From Lingula anatina (Eukaryota; Animalia; Brachiopoda), in assembly GCA_051362555.1 (NCBI GenBank), contig CM120646.1:21452001-21516000 (forward strand): a stretch of 64,000 bases of DNA. The letters are read 5' to 3'. The notes under the pieces were generated by a model. That model ran no database searches and was not told the DNA's origin. It worked only from the letters and a program-made list of their open reading frames with translations. Both the position numbers and the translations under genes were made by a program. This document shows positions 28,567-41,721 of this stretch, in pieces. Within the stretch, counting starts at the first letter, position 1. Each line of letters opens with the position of its first letter.

Positions 28567-30436
28567 ATGTCTCTGGTGGAAGGCATAGGAGACGAGGTGA
28601 TGATGGTGGTGGTGGTGTTTCTGCTCGTGGCGGTGTTTCTGATAGCCTGGATGTCAACCAGCGTGCATGAGAGGAACTTTGTCAGCATCCTCATCTTTGA
28701 GACCAGACACAGGTTGGTTTTTGGTTGAAATTTTCGAAATATTTTGTGCTTGTGTATTGTTGGAAGATGGGGTGGATAAGAACACACTCTCTCTCTCTCT
28801 ATTTCTCTCTCTCCAGCTGTTGCTTTTTGATTTTCATAAATATGACCAGGATATGTTTACTAGTAGCTAGTAGTGGTATTTGTACAGATTGGATCATTTC
28901 AGTAATGTCTTACAGTAATTATACAATGTGTGCATTGAAAAGTTCAGGATGAATAAAAAATAATCACTGATGATAGATACCGTCAGTGTTTACAATCACA
29001 TTTTTCACTGTGGCAAAAATAACACAGTGGACATTTTTATTTAATATTGACTACATTTTCAAAAGACATTGCCACTTCTTGTAGGTTAATGAACCAAGCA
29101 GCAGCAGGACAGGCACATGGTCAGAGCAATGAATCTGGGCCACACGTCCCACACCAGTCGGAATCTGTCCAGCCTCAAGAAACGAGATCAGACGAACACC
29201 AAAACGACAGGACTGAAGCTGTGCAGCCTCCTGCTTTTTCTTCTTCTGACACTTTGCCAAGGTCTGATGCTGCACAGAACGATGAGAACTCATCAGCTGT
29301 GGATGACTATCAAAACAATACAACTGATAGTAACAATGTTGGGGGTGAATATGATGGTATCAACAGTAGTGAATCCCATTTATCAGAAAATGTAACAAAT
29401 ACTGGACCCACTGAGCCACCTGCAGTAAGTTCTCTCCCTGACACCCTGAGTGAATTACGAAGAAGGCGTGTGGAGGCTCTGACAAAGACATCAGCATCTG
29501 AAAGTTTAGAACAAGTGGCGCAGAGCTGTGGTCTTAACATGGAACAGCCGGAATTAAACTCCAGTCAATGGCAGAGTGAGAATCACTCCAGTCCGTCAGA
29601 GAGCACTTCACCTTCCCCAAGCCAAACTGAAGAAAACAGACACAGCCAATCAGAGGAGCGGACACAAACAAGCCAATCCGAGACTCCGGTGTATGACCCA
29701 GAGAATGGATTAATTCGACTTAGGTTGAGGTTTTTGTCAGAGGTTGAACGCCATGTACAGGGAAGAATGCAGGAAACAGTGGCTCAGTTAAGGAGGTATC
29801 TAAATGTGTTTTTTACTACTTGCAAGATGGTAACACCACCCATCAATACTTATAAATATACTCCTTTGTGAGAAACCTACTATTAATTGCATTTGAAGGA
29901 AAAAGGGTATTTAAGTTGCAGGATTATATGTTTGAAATTTATTATGATCTAGGCATGGTGATGTTTGTGTAAAAAATGAAAATTGTAGTGTTATGAAAAC
30001 TTGATTTCTTCTCAATTTCAGTCGAGAATTTGCTGCTGAACTGGAAGAAAACAAGATCATACGTTTCATTTTCAACGGAAGAGAACTTAAACCCGACACA
30101 CAGACTCTTCAGACATTTAACATTGGAGACAGCAGCATTATCCACTGTCTCATAGCTCAAGGAACTCAAGGTCAGACCCAAGGTCAGGGTCAAGGTCACC
30201 AACAGGAGCATATAGTTGACCTTGACCTGAGTCGCATGATGTTACCTTTATTTGGACTCATTTTGGCTATACTGTGGTATTTTAGGATCGTATACAAGGT
30301 CTATTTTAATCCCATGTCAACAATCACATTGGTTGGTTTTACTATTATGTTTGCAGTGGCTTTGGCCTCTGCATTTACGCCGCAGCGGCGCGAAGACAAT
30401 GTGCAAGTGCACAGGCACCATGTCCATGCAGAATAG
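28567..30436 (+). CDS. TMUB1: Transmembrane and ubiquitin-like domain-containing protein (TMUB1/2 homolog, 423 aa)
   Basis: Exons 28567-28712, 29085-29795, 30022-30436. N-terminus MSLVEGIGDEV + TM ending AWMST; low-complexity linker; UBL (IRLRLRFL...IRFIFNGREL...TLQTFNIGDSSIIHCLI); two C-terminal TMs (LAILWYFRIVYKVYF...TLVGFT). TMUB1 vs TMUB2 cannot be distinguished. Confidence 0.92.
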
Positions 30437-31318
30437 AAAGGTGTACATCAAATTTACAGTTAATATTTAATTTCAAGAAATTGTGGTAAGTTACTATCAC
30501 ATTTCATGTGTTTTAAGAACTGATTAACTTATGTGTATTTGGTTATGGCGATTACTGATATGTATGGGCCAAAACAATGTTTATGATATACTCCTTATTT
30601 GGGTATGTTTTACATTTCAAGATTATTCAATGGTATTTTTTTTTTTTTTTTACAAACTTGAAATGAAGCAATTGGGAACATATCAAATATTCTGTGGAAT
30701 GTATTGAAATAAAATGCAGTGAACATTTGCAACTTGTTTGGTAAGATTTATTATATATCAGCATGTATTATCTGAAAAGAAAAATATTTGCAGAGATAAT
30801 GGCAAATTATTTCTGATTCCACTTGAATAAAACGGACAGAAGAGCCATGTAAGAAAGTAATGAGTCCTATTCACAATATTTTTGCTGACCACTTTGAGCA
30901 ACTTATTTCATGATCTACTGTAATTTATTTCATCCATGGAGTGCTGTCATATCACAACCCAGATTTTATCATAAAGACAATTATGTATTATTTTCCAATT
31001 TTGTTTAATCTGACAGACTAGATATTTTTTCTTGATAATAACAATATAACACAAATCATAAGTAATTTGGCAATGGCTCACAGTAAAGTTCCTTTTGGTA
31101 GAAAATACTTTGTGAGCATTTCAGTCATAGTGTCATTTAAAAGGCTATGATAATTATATACTTGATTAAGTCATGGTTCTCTCCTTTATCATAATTTACG
31201 TAACAAAAATTTCACAGGTTGGCACCATTCCTATAATTGTGTTTGAGAAGATCGCCAAACCACACCATTGTGTTAGTTGTGACACTTTGCCCAGCACATC
31301 TACCACAATCACCCCTCA

Positions 31319-34300
31319 TCATAACTGTGCTTTCCACTCTTTTTCCTCTTGTAAAGGTTTGAAATAGCTTTCCACCACTTCGTTGGTCACTTCTTCCAGT
31401 GTTGCAGGGTCCCATTTTGGACTCTGGTCTTTGTCTACAAGCACTGAAGAATACAATGACATAAAAACTTGAAGGTGGAAATACTGCTGCGCAACATTGG
31501 GTACAATTTCTACATTTAGTCCTTAGTAAACTTTCAGCCCTCTCATTCATTCTATACCCTGTCCTTCCACCTTTGTCCAATTTCCCCTCCCCTTACCATC
31601 CCCCTCCTGGTAAAACAGACATGCTTTACCTGCTCTGACGCCCTCGTAGAAGTCTTTCCCCCTCACACACCCCTGTGTCATCCTGTACTCCATCCTCAGG
31701 CACTCCTCCAGGCTGAGTTTACCACCCACTTGGAGCTGACGCAGGGTGATCTTCATGGATGTTGGAGACTGGAGATAAAGTTCACATACAATTTTAATTC
31801 ATAGGTGAATGAACGCTTTTAATTAATTTTTGTGAATCATGATATCTGATCTATATGTCATGTTGTGTTATCTTATAAAGTTTTGTAGTTTTCTATAACA
31901 ATTCATAAACTGTACAAGCCATAGACAGTGTTAAAGTGAAGCCAAAGTTCTCATTAAGTACAAATTATACATAACAAATTGTTGTTATTTATTCAATGCA
32001 AAATAGATTGTGTTAATGTTTAGAACCCTGCCTTACCATCTTTTTCAGTGTTTCTAACTGTTTTGTAGCCCACTCGGAGCCATCTTTTTCTAATGCTGAC
32101 ATTATTTCCTCTACCGTTTCTCCCCCAAAATTACGATTGATGTCATCTAGGTGGGACTGCAGTACAAATTCCTTGTCTGGAGAGCACTGTAAGGAAATTA
32201 GAAATTGAGTGACAATTTGGTATAGCAACTGAAATAATTCCTCAGGGTTCACTGTCAGGGAATTTTAAAAGAATCATGAAATGGTATAGGTTATATATTA
32301 ATTTCTGTTGATGACTCTCATTCAGCATGCTGCTTGTGAAATGAAATGTTGTCCACATCACAGAAACCAATCATTGTATTGGTGTATTTATTATGGTTTG
32401 TAGCGGAGTGTAACTTTCACAAATATACCATGAAAACATGGCTCAAGCACAGAATGACAGAACTTCTATTCCACAACAAACTGATGAAATATCATATCTA
32501 AGAACACTATGCACATGGTTAAAAACAAATATTGTAAATTAATAATATGGATCAGATCTGTAACATTTTGATCCACTTACCTGCCTATGGTAGTCCTCCA
32601 ATACATTGGAAATATCTTTTTCTGTTGGGGAGGGTAATTTCACAAGTGAATCAAACATATCTGGAATCTATGAAAATTAATACAATTTAGTTTAAATGAC
32701 CAAAAACAAAATAAATGCCAGTAAATTTGAGAGATAAGAATAGCTGTATATAATTCTTGTTTCACAGAAAGAAAAGTTTGCAAAAAGAAGGAAAAAGTAC
32801 CAGCATGAAGAAAACTTGAGACCTGCAAGTGGCCCAAAACATACCCCCATTCTGATCTGCCACCAGAAATGATCATCTTCCTTACCTTACTTGAGTCTAC
32901 AAAATGTGTAGCTACGCCTGCCTTCTGAACATCTGCTCCTTTTAACCTAAATCCTGTCAACGCCAGGTAATTCCCAAGATGGCTGCCCAATCGAGGCAGG
33001 AAATAACCCCCACCTACATCTGGGAAAAGACCTGGAAAAATGTGGAACTTGTAAAAAAAATCATGAAAATAATCAAGTCTGCATTTGGTAAGATGTTTTT
33101 TTTAAATTAATTCATAGAAGTAAAGTGGTTAATTTAATGATTTTACTTTACTTTATTTAAAGGGCAAAATGTGTACTATATAAAGACAACAATGTCCAAT
33201 TACTTTTCATCAATACCATTTACTACTCCACTTAATTGTTTCTTGTTCAGAGCCTTTCTAACATCATGCCCTACTATGCAGTTACAGTTGGACCCCTGCA
33301 TAAGCCATGTTTGATAGTACTTTTTGACACATTTGAACATTCTACTAAGAGGGAAATGTGTCTCACCTATTGCTGTTTCAGGCATGGCAAATAAAGTTTT
33401 CTCTGTGGCAACTTTAAATTTACCATGAACAGACAAACCAACACCCTGGAATGAAAAAAATCCAGTTTTATAATAGAAATCAAATAATAAGTATCAGGTG
33501 TGTGTAGGAAAGGTACTAGCTGCTTAATATGTTAAAAAACTTACAATTCTTCAAAAAAAAAAAATCTCATATTTAGCATTCTGGTTGTCTTTAGCCATTA
33601 GTTCAACAGTTTCCAGTTTAAGCGAGTCCTGCTGTGATCAGGACTGTGCCTTACCCCTCCCATTGTGATTCCATTAATGATGGCAACATATGGGGTTTTA
33701 AGCGTCCCGATGGCATTATTGAGAATATACTCCTCTCTGAAGAAATCTTGTGCCAGCCTATCTCCAACCTTCCCTGCTTCTGTCACAGCTGTAAATGAAA
33801 AAAATAAAAATAATAATGATGATGTCCTCAAACACTTTACAATCAGTAATGTAAGGGCTTGGTTACTAAACAACAATGAATTAAATCATTCACTGGCATA
33901 GACCAGGTTTTATTTACTTCACATGTACATGAAAACATTGAAGATATAAAAAATTGTTTTAAGTTTTTTTCTTGGTCTGAACTGTCCCTTTAGGTCCTGT
34001 TTGCCACCACTTTATAACTCACCACATCTGGAGTAGCTAAGACTGATCAAGTGTGGTCATCAAATTACTAGGGCATATGGGCCAATGCAATTACGGTGAT
34101 CTGCTCCTTATTCCAGGAGCCAGTGAACTGACAGTGAACTCACCCACTACATCTCCTCCTGCACAGAAGGCTTTGTCTCCTGAAGCCTTGATAACCACCA
34201 GATGGATGTTAGGGTCCTTCTCCCAGGACTGGGAATAGGAAAAACATTTTTTATAAAATAAATTACTTGTCAAAATTCTTATCCTTTACCTAAAAGTGTA

Positions 34301-37300
34301 ATACAGATTGTTTTAATGCATTGCAAAGTAGTTAGGCTTCTTATCCATGTTCTAAATGAGCACATAATTAATCCCCCTGAAAAAAAAGAGGTAAATTTTT
34401 TTCTGTCAGTGATCTAAATAAAAAATAAAATGCTATAAAATTATCAATTTTAATTTAATCTCAGGTCTTAATAAACAAAAAGAAAATTTCTTTAAACTAC
34501 ACAAAATATGAAGCTATTTTTATACGCTCTTAAAGTTACATAAAATATCTCAGATATATCACAGTGGTCCTTTCTTCAAGTAGTTCCAAAGCTTATCCAT
34601 CTAGATTCCATCTATTTCCTACTTTTAACTGTGGGTAGATTCTCCTGATCATGGGCAGGTCCAGTGTGTTCAATTTCTTTGGCCTGTCCAGTGTTATGAC
34701 ACCAGTGGTGTTTACGGTGTCCAGTATCACACCATCCTGAGACACCGCTGTTGACATCGGGGCAGACCCATGCTGATAAGTTAAATCATATATTACTGAA
34801 AATTAATCTGTTTCATAAAATTGATAGAACACCCCCATTGTATCTCTGGGTGTCTAAATCTGTGATGCACAACCTTTTGTTACCAAACTGATAAAGCATG
34901 CTGCTTCAATGACTCGAGTGTTTACAAGGCATGGTATCTGAATTTAAATTTTAAATTTTAGTGGCAGTTAACAAGAATAAAAAGTGTCTTAGTAACAGCT
35001 GCTTCAATGCCTGATACTTACAATCTGCCCACTGAGTACCCTTGTCCTTCTGAGGGCCCTGAAATAAGGGGGAATAGATCATACAGTTATATTGACATTA
35101 CGTATCACAAAAGAAAAATGAAGCTTTATAGTTTATACTATAAAAAATCCATTCAGAATGAATTAAAACGATTCATAACTTAATTTACCATTAAAATACT
35201 TCTTAACTGATCAAAAATCAAATAAATAAATAAATAAATAAATAACTGTATAGAAAATCATTGTAAAATAGAAAAACATTTTCATATGAGTAACTGCATG
35301 TTCAAGCCTTAAAATTGTATTGTTAGATCTAAATTGTTATATATCCGAAATGATCTTACAAAAATGTAAATCTTAAAAGTTCATGTCAAGTTCACCAGCA
35401 AACTGAACTGAATTTTCTGAAGAGAAGGCAAATTTTATTTTAATAAAAATGATAATTAAAAAGCTTGGACTAATAAATACAGAAAAAAGTCCAGCTATCT
35501 GATATTTGGATTAGTAATGTGCCTAGTTCTCCAGTCCCAGCCAGGCTCATAAGGCAGCAGGCTATATTTAGCACAAGAACAGGTAAAATACCATGTAATT
35601 TATGTGCCCTAGTTTAGGTGTGACATGAATTCACAGGTACTGCCCAGAACATAGAGAGTTACCTGCTGGAGGCTGTCTGACGGGATAAAGTATCCATCCA
35701 ATGCCAGTTGTAGACTGCTTTGGTGTTTATATTTGTATCACCAAGCAAGAGGTGCTATACAGAGTGTAAGTACTAAACCTTTTGAAACAACTAACAAAGT
35801 TCATTTGACTTCTAGTACTGTAGTCTATGAATGTTACTGGTACTTTGTAAGTTTATGCCAATGTTTATTTGACCTCAAAAGACGATAAAGCTGTTTAAAA
35901 ACACTCTTATTATTGGTCTTTATCTCTTTGATTTTATTTGGGCAATTGATACTTGAACAAGGAAGTGAAAACTATACAAAACATAAATGCACTTAGATAA
36001 TTTATGGAGATTCATTGACATTTGGCTTCTGGTCAGAGCAGACAGTTCAGACTGGGCATACATGCATAAGGTATTCAAATCTGACATGCTATATACATAT
36101 ACATGTACCTAACACTTCGTATATGATACTTGTAGGTGATAGGCCCCGTTCACATGACAAGTCTATTTTCTAAAAATCTATTTTCTATTTGCGGTATCTT
36201 GTAATCATGGTCCTTGTGCCCTGAATATCCCGCGGCGTAATTACTGGCGGCGCAAGCCAGTTACTTCCAAACCTGTAATTAATTCTCGGGATATTCAGGG
36301 CACAGGGACCGTGATTACAAAATAGAAAATAGATTTTTAGAAAATAAACTTTCCATGTGAACGGAGTCTTATTATGTTGCCTGACTGAATACATAGAAAG
36401 AGGGACAAGTACTTGGTTTTGTAATCTTTCAATCTTTCAGAGTGAACACTGCATATCAGGGGCGGATTTAGGCCGTCTTCTGGGTCTTCCGGATAATGGT
36501 CAGATTTTCAAGTTTACATTGACGGGTAGGCTATCTGATTTTTTCTGTCAGAAGACGGTCAAAATGGAGGATGGATCAACAAAGATAATTTGGAAGACTG
36601 TCAGAAAATATCTCTAGATCCGCCCCTGCATATACATGTAGTGGTGTGCCCTGATTTATCATAAATACACTGTGGTTCATCCCACAGAAGGCACTTAATT
36701 AGAACAAAAGGATAATTAGATCAGCTTGTATTTCACTTACAAGAGGTGTATGCTTGATTGAATGAATAAAGTTTTTAAATTTTTTTTTTGCGTGTTGCAT
36801 GCTCTTTTTGGGACCTCTTGTAAACAAAGTACAGTGCAAATTATCCTATTGTTTGAAGTGCCTACCGTTGGATATACCGGGTATGTTAGGTACAAGATAA
36901 GTGGTCCATTAATGCATGCAACACATATATACAAGGGGCGCAGTTATTTTAACTACTCCTCGTTATAATTATACTCTTGTATATTGCCTACAGGGTGACT
37001 TGTCCAATAACTAGTATTATACTATACATAATGCTGAGAGAGAAAAGGAAAGGACTGGAGAAAGAGTACCTGTGTCAGAAGACAGATTTGAGCCCCTTGG
37101 ATTGTACAAGTAGACCCTTTTCTCCACCCTCTGATATACTACACAAATAACTCAAGCGAAAAGTGAGGGTTGCATGGGCCTGTAGGCAGGGGTGGGGGTG
37201 GGGGGTGGGAGTGTTTGAAAGAATTTAAATGTCCTTTTGGTCAGCAAAGGTCCACTCAGCATCAAACTTTGACCTAAGTTTTATGCTATTTTTATAATTT

Positions 37301-37491
37301 GGTAAATTAAGGGCATAAAAAGTTAGCTGGTTACCTGAGATTTACCAGTCTATAATGATCAGAGAGGTGAAGTCCCCTCCTGAGTGTGTACCACCAGCTG
37401 GGTATAAGGTAAAGGACATGGATGGTAGTATTTATGATACTTATTCAAGAAATATGAATACAGGGTGAGATAAGGAAAGCACATCCCTCAA

Positions 37492-37542
<51 letters not shown>

Positions 37543-40500
37543 AGAGAAATCTTGACCTAAGATAACAAATGCATATTACCCCAGTATAGTGTCTCAACAT
37601 AAGACAAACTGTCTCAATTTTTTTATTTATATGCTAATTGCGTTCTCTTATTTCTTATAGGTCTGTCTCGGTAACCTATCAGTAGCAGCCTATGATATGG
37701 CCCAAGTCAAGGAATCAACCATAGCAATATACTAAGCACAAAATACAAGGAGAGGACATTTTTACAGAGTATCAGCAGACTGGAGACATTCAATTATTCA
37801 CAACAAATCTATAGTAAATTGTCTCCTCAGTCCAAGCAAAAAGAAAGTACCACTTTTCATAATGAAATAATAAAAAAAAAAAAAATTTAATGAAAATCAT
37901 TTAAGGAGTGAAACAAGCTTTACAGTAAAACATTTTTTGACAGCGAAGCACCAAGGTGGATTTAATGTAAATTCTGATCTTTTGAAGATGGCCGGAAACT
38001 TTGACCCAACAGCAGCAATTGTTACCATGGTAACAGTTCTTGGGGTAATATTTGCCTTGTATGTTCTCATTCGATGTTGTTGCAAAATGCATGAAGCCAG
38101 GGAAAGAAAGAAAAGGAGAGCAGAAATGGCCATGGACAACCCTACTGAGCTACAAGACACAGACTACAGAAAAATAGAGGGCAGCACTATGGATGAAATA
38201 AGGTCACATACCCCAGAATTCACTGCTTACAGTTCAGAGTTGACTGATGAAAGAAATCTGATCAACTAATTGTTGTGCAAATGTCTTAAAAAGGCATACC
38301 ATCCATTATTGTATATATATTAGCAACAATTAAAAAATACCTTTTTTTCATTAATCTATATAGAAAATGTTAGTTTAAAAGTGCCAATGAAAAAAATCAA
38401 ATAATTAAGGTGCTAAAAGCATATTATGTGATTAAATGAAATATCTTTAAGATATTATTAAAATGGACTTAAATATTATGCAGAAAATAGAACATTTTTT
38501 CCATCCCAAAATGGAGAATAAAGATTGCCTCAAATGCTTTATTGAAACCGTGGGACTATGTCATAAATACAGAACGTGTCAAAGTTCAAAATGTGCAAAT
38601 GTGCAACAATAAATATTTATAACATGAAATCTGCTACAAGTCATTGTGTTAATTGAGAACATTCCAAATACTGATTGGGAAATCTTTCATAAATTGCAAA
38701 CTGGAAAATATTTGATTAATATCTGGGATGCTGAATCCTGCTGCCTTTTTTGAGATAATATAACATATTGACATATTGCCATTAGCAACAGGCCTGTTGA
38801 GGCACTCCTTAAGGGGGGGGGGGGGGGGTCAGGGGGGGTGGGTGGTGGTGGGGGAGGGTGGGAGCTGGTGGTGAGAGAGGAGCAAAAAAATCACCCATTT
38901 GGCTAAAAGTGTTAATTCTGCTCTGAATCAAAATTTAGTTAAGATTCCATGATGATTCTCATATAAATATACCAAAGTACGGATACTTACGTTTTAACTG
39001 ATATTTATTTTCGTATAAAGGCATTTGCCCAGATTACAAATGTAAATGGTTCATATAACGTAACTATTGCACATGCGGAGAGCTCATGTACGTGCACTAT
39101 CCGTTGCAAAAAAAGATTCTCTTTTTCTAAAGGCATAATAAACATAATTAATCAGGTTAATCATCAAATCTCTGTCATTGGAAGACATAAGCTGTCTAAA
39201 CCTTTGGATATTTGGTTGACAGGTGTACCTGTTTGGTATATATTTTGTTCTTAAGTCCCTGTACATCTCACATGTTAACAAAAAGTGATATTCGTTTTCT
39301 ATTTCGTCCTTACATAGTGTGCATACCCTCTCGTTCGAGGGTATGTTGTCATGTCTACCTTTTTCAATCATAAGATTATGGTTTCCACACCTGAGCCTGG
39401 CGAAAGCAGCTAAGTGCGCTTTCGGGAGATTCAACAATAAATAATTTTCTTTTTGAAATACAGATTTAAATATACAATACAAATTTAATTTAGATGAGTT
39501 CTGTAACTGGCCGTTCCATTCTTGAATGTAGCAATCTTTCATTCTTGTCTTAAAAATTTCTAAAAAATATATCTCATTCTCAACACCCTGATTGTACCAT
39601 ACAAACCCAAAACCATATCTAAAAAGTATTTCTTTAATTTTTGTCGCCCATGTAATGCGACCAGCCTGATCTAATACCAACATAATCTTATAGCACGCTT
39701 TTGGATATCTGCTTTCTTCCATTCTCAGTAATTTAAGCCAGAATTTGACACACCGACTGAAGTAAGTTATAAACAATGGGAACCTACCACAGTCTCCCAA
39801 GACCGCTATTGTTGAAGTTGTTGATCCCACGCCAAGAATCCTTTTTCATAAATTGCAAACTGGAAAATATTTGATTAATATCTGGGATGCTGAATCCTGC
39901 TGCCTTTTTTGAGATAATATAACATATTGACATATTGCCATTAGCAACAGGCCTGTTGAGGCACTCCTTAAGGGGGGGGGGGGGGGTCAGGGTGGGTGGG
40001 TGGTGGTGGGGGAGGGTGGGAGCTGGTGGTGAGTGAGGAGCAAAAAAATCACCCATTTGGCTAAAAGTGTTAATTCTGCTCTGAATCAAAATTTAGTTAA
40101 GATTCCATGATGATTCTCATATAAATATACCAAAGTACGGATACTTACGTTTTAACTGCTATACGCAAAAACAGCATTTAGACACCTGAAAGACAAAAAA
40201 GTATGAACCTTATAATCACTTCAAAGCGAGAGAGAGAGAGAACACGCTGTATGTAACACTGTCTTAATTATCTGTATCAAAAGACTAAAACATTATGGTT
40301 CTAACATATAATTATGCTATAGGAGGTTTTGCTCCCTTCCAAAAGTTAGCTTACTAAGTAATGGTGTTTATATCAATCAATATTATTCCTGTTCAACTGA
40401 CCACATCAAGTGTCATATGCTCTGTTTGACAATTCAAGCTTGCATTAATAGCAATATAAGCTAATAAGTTGTCAATCTCTCAAAAAGGTGCCAAACAGAA

Positions 40501-41091
40501 TTTGAGAAAAGTGTAACTAGTACTGCTTGATGTGAAAATACATAAGTGACTGATGACTTAATTCAGAAACAGGTATAGTACAGCAGGACTAGTGCTTTAA
40601 ATTAAGTAAAATCACAAAGAGAGAGAGAGAGATGCATGAACATTTACTAGTGAATACGTTCTACCAGTACCAGTATATTATTATGAATGAGTACTACATG
40701 TAGTCAAGCACCACATGTACATGTACTGGGTAGCTGACTCCATTGTAAATGTTCTGATATTGGTCAATGTTATCAAGTTTTCTTCATTTTAATATAAAAT
40801 ATAACTACTTACATAAGTAGTACAATGGATATTTCGCCTAATTTTTCCTGGAATACCATGACTGTACTGGTACAAGTGTTCTGAAGTAGTGGTATACTAC
40901 ACGTGTGCTTTTTAATTTCAAAACATTATGCTTATAATTTACTAGCACAGAACCTTTACTGAAGCAGTGAAGGCAGTCGCACTGTCTTTAAGCCGATGTA
41001 TCTACTATTAAACATATCGTAATTAAGGAATAGCACATCACCATCCAACATACCTGAGGTTTTCTGTTAATAATGTGTTAGCCAGAATCAT
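31319..41091 (-). CDS. HIBCH: 3-hydroxyisobutyryl-CoA hydrolase, mitochondrial (389 aa)
   Basis: Exons 41091-41054, 35058-35022, 34772-34623, 34228-34144, 33788-33655, 33445-33367, 33031-32886, 32667-32581, 32186-32037, 31768-31630, 31443-31319 (1170 nt, in frame). Motifs [70 protein letters not shown]. Exons 1-2 (transit peptide) are less certain. Confidence 0.95.
36142..36368. mobile_element. MITE with long terminal inverted repeats (PIF/Harbinger-like)
   Basis: GGCCCCGTTCACATG...CATGTGAACGGAGTC termini; the inverted complementarity continues ~90 bp inward (tctattttctaaaaatctattttcta / tagaaaatagatttttagaaaata; gtgccctgaatatccc / gggatattcagggcac). Confidence 0.75.
36457..36628. mobile_element. 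Short non-autonomous DNA transposon (CAGGGGCGG-type TIR, hAT-like)
   Basis: CAGGGGCGGATTTAG ... CTAGATCCGCCCCTG inverted termini, CATAT on both flanks. Confidence 0.65.
37988..38269 (+). CDS. Small single-pass membrane protein (93 aa) nested antisense in HIBCH intron 1
   Basis: AAGATGG start context; MAGNFDPT-[[20 protein letters not shown]][22 protein letters not shown] tail with YRKI and YSSEL; acceptor tttcttatag| at 37660 upstream; AATAAA near 38608. Confidence 0.65.
   Translation: MAGNFDPTAAIVTMVTVLGVIFALYVLIRCCCKMHEARERKKRRAEMAMDNPTELQDTDYRKIEGSTMDEIRSHTPEFTAYSSELTDERNLIN
38685..40158. repeat. ~315-bp near-identical direct repeat (38685-39000 and 39844-40158) flanking the LINE
   Basis: Both copies run tttcataaattgcaaactgg...ggatacttacgttttaactg, differing only at a few positions in the G-rich tract. 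Confidence 0.92.
39001..39843 (-). mobile_element. 5'-truncated non-LTR retrotransposon (RTE/RTE-X-like), C-terminal part of ORF plus 3' UTR
   Basis: Uninterrupted ORF 39084-39830 with [58 protein letters not shown] (CCHC-type finger typical of the post-RT region); ends ...AAATAAATAT at 39001. Confidence 0.85.
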
Positions 41092-41721
41092 TCACCTTGC
41101 CGCTGCCTGCGGTCCACAAAATACGAACTCTGACCCCGTCGAATTCACCCTGATAAGCTTACACGGTCCCCGGCTTCTTTTGTAAAAGGAGACCAGAAAA
41201 CAATGTAAACAGAGTCGGCACCTCACTGTGGACCAAGCAGCATTTTGTGTGTCCATTTTAATTTTACAAAGGGTAAGGAGGTCATCTGTACACTGATCAC
41301 TGATCAAGTCAAAAACGAAGGCAAGTAGGTCTAGGCTTTCATCTTACTTTGATGTCTTCACTGAAGACATCACTTTAAAATGAAATATTTCACCAGTTTG
41401 ACTGCACTACTGCAGTATTTCACTTAGTACATGTACTACAGAGCGTTAAATTTATACACTTTGCCCCTCTGTGCCCCACCCCCTACAAACTGCCTGTCAC
41501 TGAATCAGCTAAATAGTAGATCGTTACTCGTTTAGCTGTTAAATAGGTATGAATTCCCTTATTTTGCAATTACATCCATGATTTTTCCCCAAGTATTCGT
41601 TTTATACTTTACAAGGATCAGTTATTGATTTGTCAATTGTTTTATTCATTGCAGAATGGTTCATATACATGCATGCATAAGATGGTGAAATTATAGAATA
41701 GCATCCAATCAGAAATTCACA

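Noticed and set aside
29796-29805. GTATCT donor in TMUB as a possible U12 intron
   Set aside because: Lacks the GTATCCTT consensus and no U12 branch site is evident near the acceptor.
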